Positions 33,938 to 36,149 of a DNA stretch of 36,149 nucleotides are shown in pieces (within the stretch, counting starts at the first letter, position 1; each line of letters opens with the position of its first letter). Position numbers and translations under genes: made by a program. Source of the stretch: a virus; UHGV virus genome UHGV-0015323; one strand, written 5' to 3'. A model generated the notes under the pieces. It was not told the origin of the DNA. It did no database searches and was given only the letters and a program-made list of their open reading frames with translations.

Positions 33938-35617
33938 CTAAATGTAGATTACCTGCATTTCTATCTCATCTTTGCTAAACATGGCCACATCAAAAGCCAT
34001 GAATCCGTCATTTTTCCTCAACTTCGGTTCTATCTTTCCGAATGTCTTGTTCCCGTATTTATCCTCTGTGACGCTCGTATTATTTGTGTACCAGCGCATA
34101 ATAGAAGACGGTCCATAATTAATCAGGTGCTGACTGAATAACGCCTGGATCGCCGGTGCAATAATTCCCGTTGCAGACGTAATCTTTCTCACAAGCCTTA
34201 CTATTCCGTCTTTATTTTTCTTATCTTCAACCGTCAATCCCACGGCTTCGAATGCCATTTTGAACAGGTTGTATCTATACGTATCCATCGTAATTTTCTT
34301 AACCTCATAATCCTGCATCTTGTCTAAGCACCATGCCACTATAGTATTCACATCTATGACTGGTCCTGGTACTACTTCGTAATCCTCGAACTCCGGTTGT
34401 CCCATATTCTGCATAATTGGGAACTTGATAGAACTCAGGAACGGAGAATCTTCACAGATCCATGTGTGCTGTCTCCAGATGTATTCTCCGGTTTCATAGT
34501 CCTTGGTCAGGATCCCTGCACTCGCGAAGTCGCGCACATCCGCATAGTCAATGCCGATCACTGCTGCCTGTCCTCGCGTGTCCAATGTTATCCGCGGAAT
34601 CTTTCGTTCCAGTTCTTCCATTGTCTCGCCTTCATAACATGCTCTCAGGACATTTTGCCATGTTGTGACCGTCTCCTCTTCCTTTCGTGCCGATCTGTCC
34701 ATTCGTTTTGTAATAAATTCAGCACGCTTTGACGGAATCTTCTTCATTTCCAGATAATCATGCATGATCTGATTCGCAAGAATCGGCATATATTCCATCG
34801 ACGGATTCGCCTTATGCCATGCCTCCGGATCATCAACTTCCTTCATGTCATCAATCTCGCAAATAAAAGGAAAGTACCCTAGCAGATTCTCTCCCGTCTC
34901 CAAAATCTCAGCGCACATTGCCGAAATTTCATCCAGTGGGCCATCTCTGACATATCCATCTGTTGTGATGATGAACTCTCTCGAATGCTTGACCTTACCA
35001 AAAGAGGATTCAAATACATTGATCTGGTCATAATTCTCGTAGGCATGGATTTCGTTCAGGACAAGACATCCTGTTCGCTTACCATCCTTGGTCTTTGCGT
35101 TCGAAGTGTTGTATTTCATCTCCGATCCTGTTGCTAGGTTCGTGATAAGTTCCTTTGTGACCGAAAACTTTCCCTTGAATTTTGGATTATCATGTAGCAT
35201 GTCATAAGCTACCTTGAATGTGTCCTTAACCTGGCTCTCTGAGTTCGCCACAATTTCAACATGGTAATTTTTCACTCCGTAGAGCGGAGTCTGAAAGAAA
35301 TTTACCAGCGGCACGATGAATCCATCTTTGCCATTTCCACGTCCTTCCTTGATGAAGAACTTTGAAAATACTGGAATGTCATTTACATACATAAATGCAA
35401 ACGCATAAATGAACTTTTGGAATGGAAATAGTTCGTAGTAATTTGTTTTGCAGTACTGTAGACAGTTCCTATATGTTTTTTCATCAAAAAAAACATCGTT
35501 TCGCTTCAATGTCGGCTTCACGATGTTTTCTATCAGTAATTTTCTCTTTTTATTTATCCATTTCGGATGCTCTTCGGCATATTTGAGATAATTATCAATC
35601 TCTTTACAGGTAACCAT
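33938..35617 (-). CDS. terL: Terminase large subunit
   Basis: 559 aa. Walker-A-like GRGNGKD. Terminase_1-like N-ATPase plus C-terminal nuclease. Confidence 0.85.
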   Translation of the reverse strand: MVTCKEIDNYLKYAEEHPKWINKKRKLLIENIVKPTLKRNDVFFDEKTYRNCLQYCKTNYYELFPFQKFIYAFAFMYVNDIPVFSKFFIKEGRGNGKDGFIVPLVNFFQTPLYGVKNYHVEIVANSESQVKDTFKVAYDMLHDNPKFKGKFSVTKELITNLATGSEMKYNTSNAKTKDGKRTGCLVLNEIHAYENYDQINVFESSFGKVKHSREFIITTDGYVRDGPLDEISAMCAEILETGENLLGYFPFICEIDDMKEVDDPEAWHKANPSMEYMPILANQIMHDYLEMKKIPSKRAEFITKRMDRSARKEEETVTTWQNVLRACYEGETMEELERKIPRITLDTRGQAAVIGIDYADVRDFASAGILTKDYETGEYIWRQHTWICEDSPFLSSIKFPIMQNMGQPEFEDYEVVPGPVIDVNTIVAWCLDKMQDYEVKKITMDTYRYNLFKMAFEAVGLTVEDKKNKDGIVRLVRKITSATGIIAPAIQALFSQHLINYGPSSIMRWYTNNTSVTEDKYGNKTFGKIEPKLRKNDGFMAFDVAMFSKDEIEMQVIYI

Positions 35618-35957
35618 CTGTCGGATTCTCCTGTTCTGGTATCGGTTCTTTCAGCTTCAGATCAGCCAAGATTTTCAGCATAGTTGCTGTGGTCTTTTGC
35701 AGATTGACTACAGATTCGTTTGCCTTTTCCACACTCACACCATTTCCATTGATGGCTTCATACCGGATTCCTTTTTTCCTAATATCTGCAATCAGTTTCT
35801 TTTTCAATGACCAATAATATACATAATCATCAACTAAATCCTTATAGAATTCTGCGTTCATTCCACGCAACTTCAACTTCTTTACTAACGATTCTTTTAT
35901 CTCCGTCTGTGTCAGTGTTTTCTTCCTCTGAGTCAATCTTTTCACCACCTTTTTCAC
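35604..35957 (-). CDS. terS: Terminase small subunit (P27 family)
   Basis: 117 aa with a 14-nt overlap onto terL. GTG start at 35957, or a TTG start 18 nt downstream after AAGGTGG. Confidence 0.7.
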   Translation of the reverse strand: MKKVVKRLTQRKKTLTQTEIKESLVKKLKLRGMNAEFYKDLVDDYVYYWSLKKKLIADIRKKGIRYEAINGNGVSVEKANESVVNLQKTTATMLKILADLKLKEPIPEQENPTDGYL

Positions 35958-36149
35958 TCAAATCATGCCATTTTTATCAATTTTTCACTTCTTTTTTCGC
36001 TCTTTTTAAGCCTTTTTTGAAGTTATCTGAAAACTTTCCTTCTTATAGTGAGTCCTGAAATTTGACCCCCCTGCCCTTTTCACGCGAGATTTTAAAATTT
36101 CTCCAGAGTCATGGCTACATCCCCGTTCTTCACTTAGGAAAAATCGCCG

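Noticed and set aside
1-36149. CRISPR arrays, IS elements or transposases, rRNA
   Set aside because: No short direct-repeat/spacer arrays. No transposase-like ORFs or terminal inverted repeats bounding an insertion. No rRNA-like conserved stretches were seen.

Overview
The window reads as one nearly complete ~36 kb temperate siphovirus genome, either a prophage or a phage-plasmid, from a low-GC Firmicutes/Clostridia-type host. Almost every gene lies on the minus strand, so the layout reads right to left.

Late genes (35957 down to 16282): terS (P27 family), terL, HK97-type portal, ClpP-like prohead protease, HK97-fold major capsid, four head-tail connector/completion proteins, TP901-1-like major tail protein, and a tail chaperone with a predicted -1 frameshift. 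These are followed by the tape measure, Dit, Tal, a dual-domain tail lysin, a BppU-like baseplate protein, four consecutive collagen-like (Gly-X-Y) fibre/baseplate proteins, and a lysis cassette (holin, membrane protein, GH25 endolysin).

Lysogeny region: a large serine recombinase (integrase) on the plus strand at 14563..16113, a plus-strand accessory membrane/lipoprotein gene (13096..14313), and an XRE/cI-like repressor (12399..12767) divergent from a consensus early promoter.

Early genes (12224 down to 117): a DUF2829/Tad2-like small protein, a rolling-circle HUH Rep, RNase H, many unknowns, an HNH-like nuclease, and an MTase-like protein lacking its catalytic motif next to a tyrosine recombinase. 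The block ends with YopX, MazG, a complete N6-adenine MTase, an ArpU/sigma-r4-like late regulator and an HNH endonuclease.

The window opens exactly between HNH and terS, which is the expected cos/pac location. A tRNA-like 3' element lies there at 32..107.

There are no CRISPR arrays, IS elements or rRNA. All functional calls rest on motif-level recognition by eye and no searches were run. Where a start codon was placed by hand it is stated in the evidence field.
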